From positions 13,818 through 56,154 of the forward strand of contig NW_005434564.1 in the NCBI RefSeq assembly GCF_000315625.1: DNA of 42,337 bases, read 5' to 3'. This DNA is from Guillardia theta CCMP2712 (Eukaryota > Protista > Cryptophyta). Positions within the stretch are counted from its first letter, which is position 1, and every line of letters begins with the position of its first letter. A program made the translations under genes and the position numbers. The notes under the pieces are model-generated. The model made no database searches. It had not been told where the DNA came from and saw only the letters and a program-made list of their open reading frames with translations. Below, piece after piece: positions 37,144 through 42,337 of the stretch.

Positions 37144-38381
37144 TTAAGTGAAACGAAACCGAAAGTACTCCACCTCTCCCGTAACAAGATCTTGAATCTG
37201 ATCAAACCTGTCAGTTCCTCCTCCTCCTCCTCGCCCCCCTCCACGCGTGCACATTGTCCTCCCTAACCCTCACCCTCCGCCCTCTCCCTCCCTTCCTCCT
37301 TACCTGCAAGTAGTCCTTCCCTCCGTAGTTGCCCTCATGGATGGGCCCTGTGTAAATCTGCCCGTATCCCTTCCAGTGTCTGTGGTAGCCGTCGGAGCCC
37401 TGCAGGATGCACTCCAAGGCATGCCCGGGCTCTCCCTCCACGTTCAAGTAGTAGAAGCCTGCATGGACAAGGTCAGAGGTAGAAGAGGAGGAGGGCGAGA
37501 GGGGAGGGGGACGAGAGGGTAGGTGGGGAGGAGGGCAGGAAGGAGGAAGGGAAGTAGGCAAGAAGGCAGATAGGCAGGTAGGAAGAGCAGGAGAGAGAGA
37601 GATAGTTTGAGGGACCGAGAGATAGCTAGAACAAAGAGACAAGAGTGAAGGGAACGAGCAAGGAACACAAGGGAGATGGGGCGAAGAGCCAGTGCCTGCT
37701 GCGTCGATCTTGGAGACAGCGATACTTCCACGTTTCTTGTATCCTCCTTCCGTCAACCCAGAGGGTGCAGGACCGATGATAGCATCAACGTAGTCACCCA
37801 GGTCAGCGCTGTTCATGAAGTCGGAAGCATCTCCTTTCTGCAGGTGGTAATTAAGACCCTGACAACAATCACAGCAAGAGCATACGCTTGCTGCAACGCC
37901 GCTGGTGCCGCCATTCATCGCAACGTTATCAGCCGCAAAGAGCTGTGACAGCATGAGAAGCAAGTCGCAATGATAAGCAGTATGGGAGCAAACATGGGCA
38001 AAATTTGAGCAGTGTGGGGGAGAATTTGCCAGGAGTACAGAGGAGTGCTCACTCTTTGAGTCGAGAGGGTTTGTCTTGTTGGTTCTGAGATCTCATGCGA
38101 TTGATCAAGACCAAGAAGAATCATCAGGGCAGTCATGGCGGTGCCCATGGCGACAAGGAAAGCTTTTCTCTTCCAATTCGACCTGGCAATAACATAAGGT
38201 GCGCGAATCGGCAGAAGTTTGACCGTTGCATCCCCGCTCCTTCACTCTATCCTCCTTCCTTGATCACCTCACTCTCCTCCTCCTTGATCTCCTCCTCCTC
38301 CTCCTCCTCCTCCTCTCACCTTCCCTCCACTTGGAAGCTCCCATAGCCCAGCTCCATGTCGCCAACCTTCATCCCCGCCAT
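37144..38381 (-). CDS. Type II single-pass membrane protein of unknown function
   Basis: Six exons splice in frame (one donor appears to be GC): MAGMKVGDMELGYGSF..WKRKAFLVAMGTAMTALMILLGL, then a Gly/Tyr-rich lumenal domain ending DYLQIQDLVTGEVEYFRFRFT*. Confidence 0.65.
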
Positions 38382-39211
38382 TCGCCCGAAATAGATCCGG
38401 TCTCACTTGGCACCCCTCATCCCCTACCCCCGGGCAGCCCGGTAACTCCTGCGGTAACTCACGGTTACTATGTCGAGTGAGGCTGTAACTGAACCGGAAC
38501 CCCCTGGGTCGTAATGATTTTGACTTAACTTTGAGTAAAAAAGGACCGTGACTGTCGCACAGGCGAGCTTGAAGAGAAAAGACAGCAACAACCAACTCTT
38601 ATAAGGCCGATTGCTGTCCCCCAAAATTAACTCATAACTTTACTTAAATGCGCGGCCGGGATGACCATTCCCCAATCATACATGCGGGTCCGAGTGACTT
38701 TTTTTTAGGTGGTCAAGCTTGTCAGGTGCCGGTGCGACAATGAACGGCTAGAAAACCAAATTACAATGTTCAAAATTTGAAAAGTTTGTGAAACTATTCA
38801 AGTTTTGACATTTATTTCGAAGGTCGCTGTGATCTCTAGAATCACTTTTTGTACTCAACTTGGATAGTCGGAGCCTCTAGCAAAATTCTGAATTTAAATC
38901 CTAAAATTTGAAATTTCATGAGCTCGTGAACAGAGACACTGAATTGGGATCGGGCTATGAAAGCCCTTCTGCCCATGATGTCTGTGGGTTATGGCAGACA
39001 ATGATCTGATCAGTATCGGCTTGGTTGCAAGAAGGAGAGGAGAGGAGAGGAGACTGAGAGGAGAGGAGACTGAGAGGAGAGGAGAGGAGACGGGAGGGGA
39101 GGGGAGGGGAGGAGACGGGACGGAGGGGGAGAGGACAAGATGGGTTCAAGAGAAGGAGGAAGCACATGGAGTCTTGACAGCGCGGGGCAGAAGCAGAGGA
39201 CAGATTAAGCG

Positions 39212-42200
39212 ATGGAAGCGAACATCACGCCGAAGATCGCCTTCAGCAATCTCTTCAATGGCGCCGAAGAGCATGCCGCGAACGGCAGCGCTGCGATGAA
39301 GCGGAGCAAGACCATAAAGCGAGAGAAGACTGTTCATTTGTTTGCGGCGTCATCTCAGAACCTTTCTGAATATGAAGATGCCAACCATGACAACGATAAG
39401 GACATCGAAAAGGAAGAGCAGGGCAGGACGGCTCTCTTCTACCCGGACTTTCCATGGGGCGTGGAGGGGTTGTCAGGGCGTAAGAGCTCGATCGTGCTGA
39501 TATTGTTCGATGTGCTCTCCGTGCTTTCCTGCTTGTATGTTGCAGGGACGGTCCCTTACGTCGTCGGGTTCGCTGGAGTCATCAAGAACGCAGGACAATG
39601 CGTGTTCTACGGTACAGACAGCGAGACCCGATGGTTAGCTGGGTTGGACGTCATCACAGATTTTGTCTTCTGCTGTGACATCGTGCTGCACTTCTATACA
39701 GCAAGATGGGTGCTGATCTCGGACGGGCTGCAGGTGCTGCTGCTGTTGCAATTTTCTTTCTTCCTCCTTGTCATGCTCACGTTGCACTCAGCGTTGGGTC
39801 CTGGTGGATGACCTGCAGGAGATTCGCGACCTCTACCTTAAGAACGAGTTCATCTATGATGCTTTCGGGCAAATTCCCTGGCACTACATCGACGTATGAC
39901 TTCATCTTGCCCCCTCTCCTCCTCCGCCTCCTCCGCCTCTTCTTCCTCCGCGTTTCGATCTCATTGTTTCATTCACCCTCCCGGTGTCTCCTCTGTCTCC
40001 TCTTCCGATCCCCTGTCCAGCATCTTTCGTTCCTGCCTGCTCGTTTGCCTTGTTTTCTCTTCCTAGCTCTTCTCATTTCAATCTCCAGTGTATCATCCCT
40101 AGCGCCCCCCAGGAGCTCAAGGCCCTGCGTCTTTTTCGTCTTCTCAAGTTGTCAGGCATGAATCGGCTGGAGGCCCGCGTGCTGCGCCTAGGAGGAGATT
40201 ACCGCTCCTTGCGCTTCATCTATCCTCTCATTAAGCTCATCGTCATCATCATGGTATTTGCTCACTGGATGGTAAGGCAACAAACTCCCGCCGGTCGCTT
40301 CCTCCCTTCCTCTCCCTCCCCTTCCTCTAGTCCCACTTCTCATATCTTCTCTTCAACTCACTTCTCCTACCAGTGCTGCCTCTGGTTCTGGGTCGGCTTT
40401 CCCGACGGCTGGACGGTCAACCAAGGGATCGTCGCGGGCAGCAGCAAACTTCCGCAGGAGGCTTACTATGAGTGGATCACAGCCTTCTACTGGTCCATCA
40501 CGAGTAAGTCTCTTTCTCCTTGTCCTTGTCCTCGTCTTCCTCCTCGTCCTCGTACTAGTCCTGGTCGTGGTCCTGGTCCTGGTCCTGGTCGTGGTCCTCC
40601 TCCTCCTCCACCTCCTCCTCGCTCTTCTTTCCCTCCTCTTGAACTGTCTTGTCCGTCCTCCCGCCCTTTTGCTGAACTTCGCTCGTCTTCCTCCTTGATC
40701 TTCTTTCTGAGCTGTCATGCAGCAATGACGACGATTGGCTACGGCGACATCTCAGCCACGACCTCCAACGAGCGAACGCTGGCAGTAGTCACAATGATCC
40801 TGGGATGCGGCATGTTTGCGTGGACGACGGGAAGGATCACGTCTCTTCTCACCTCCTCTTCCTCTTGCACTCGTCGTTTCATGGAGAAGATAGACGAGCT
40901 GCAGGTCCGTTTCCCTTCCTCCTCCTCCTCCTCCTCCTCCTCCTTCCTCCATGTTTTGCCGGAACGTGCTCTTGTTCCGCATCATTCTGTTCATAGTCTG
41001 ACTGGATCCTTGTATCACTCCTTACCTTCGGCTCCTCCCTTGGTTTCCTCCATCTGTCTCCTTGCTCGCCTCCACCACATGTGTTTTGACGCTTTTCCAT
41101 TCCCTTAGTCGCTCCTCCCTCATACTCACCTCTTTGCTCTTCACATCCTCCGCCCTCTGACGGATCCTCGCCGTTCCTGCAGGAGTTCATGGAGGCGAGG
41201 GGGATATCGCTCGGGCTGCGGAAGGAGCTGTTTCAGTTCTACTACGTCAAGTTCCCAGCCCGCGTGATGTTCGACGAGGCTTTCCTTCTACAAGACATCC
41301 CGAAGGACCTGAGGAGAAAAATTTATCTTGAGCTATTTAGGTGATTGACCTCCTCCTCCTCCTCCTCCTCCTCCTCCTCTTCCTCTTCCTCCTCCTCCTC
41401 CTCCTTCCCCCCCTCCTTTCCTCCTCCCCCCCTTTCTCCTCCTTCTCTCCTCTTCCTCCTCATCCATCGTTACCATGACTTCCTTATATCGTCCCGTCCT
41501 TCTTCGCCCATTTTCATCCACCTTCTTGTTTCCTCCCTCTTTGATTTCTTCCCCCTCCTTGCGCAGAGACGTGGTCAAGACCGTCCCACTCTTCGCCATG
41601 TGCGACGAGGACGTGCAGCAGGAGATTTGCTACCACCTGCGGCTCAGCTTCGTGTCCCCGGGATCCATCATTATGAAGGAGGACGAAGTTCCGACCCATC
41701 TCTACGTCGTTCGCATCGGCCGAGTGGAACTGAGCAAGAAGTCGTCGACGCTCATGATAGCGGAGAAGGGAGCGATCTTCGGGGAGAACGCCATCTTCGG
41801 CCTCTCTCCCACTGGGAGGAGAACCCGCACTGCATGCGCTCTGACTATGTGCGAGCTCTGTATGTTGTCGGTGGACGACGTCCGGTTTCTCCTCGAGGAG
41901 AAGAAGAGCTTCTCGTACACGCTTCAGAACCTCCTCACCTCTCACTTCAGCTCATTGCAGGTGTTTGTCTGGCACTCACATCTCCTCTCTTCCTCCTCCT
42001 CCTGTCCAGTTTGCTGTCTCACCCTTCTCGTCTTCCCATGATGATCCTTGTGACTGCATATCCTTCCTCCTCTTCTGCCTCTTGATGTTCGCTCCTCCTC
42101 CTCCTCCTCCCCCCCTTCTTCTCACCTTCTCCGCAGTTGGCCGTGCGGGGTCAAAAGTCTCCCATCCCTTTTCGGCATTTCTATTGTGTCAACTGGAAGC

Positions 42201-42337
42201 ATCTCAAGCTGGCAAAAGCAAGGCTGCTGAAGCAGGTGAGAAAGAGGAGGCGAAACAAATGAGGGAGGAGCAGAGGGAAGAGAAGACGGGAGAGGAGAGA
42301 AGAGGAGAGGAGAGGAGAGAGGAGAGGAGAGGAGAGG
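39212..42337 (+). CDS. 6TM cyclic-nucleotide-binding-domain K+ channel (KCNH/HCN/CNG superfamily), 3' partial
   Basis: S4 LKALRLFRLLKL, pore TAFYWSIT..MTTIGYGDI, C-linker and CNBD LYVVRIGRVE..GAIFGENAIF..RRTRTACALTMCEL. Confidence 0.93.

Overview
Eukaryotic, gene-dense, intron-rich nuclear DNA from an alga with a red-derived secondary plastid. A cryptophyte such as Guillardia is the best guess, inferred from bipartite signal+transit presequences, ~45-60 nt introns with CTGAC branch points, and CT/GA microsatellite-expanded introns. Manual splicing supports 15 genes: DPE2 4-alpha-glucanotransferase (2xCBM20+GH77), ITFG2-like, zinc-ribbon/PPxY/WW protein, RPS17, a thylakoid-lumen-targeted unknown protein, SAM+Kelch protein, membrane RING-H2 ligase, RMDN1-like TPR protein, intronless CX5R phosphatase, plastid-targeted FIST protein, acatalytic alpha-carbonic-anhydrase-related membrane protein, plastid glutaredoxin-like protein, KAP3, an unknown type II membrane protein and a CNBD K+ channel (3' partial). 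Most ORFs in the supplied track are microsatellite or antisense artefacts. Most notable: the DPE2 presequence is a signal peptide plus a short spacer ending in RLRGG, a copy of the ubiquitin C-terminus, suggesting deubiquitinase-type maturation of a periplastid cargo. Also notable are a Zn-ligand-dead CA, a WW protein carrying 7 PPxY motifs, and recurring intergenic motif families. All family calls come from motif recognition by eye, without database searches.
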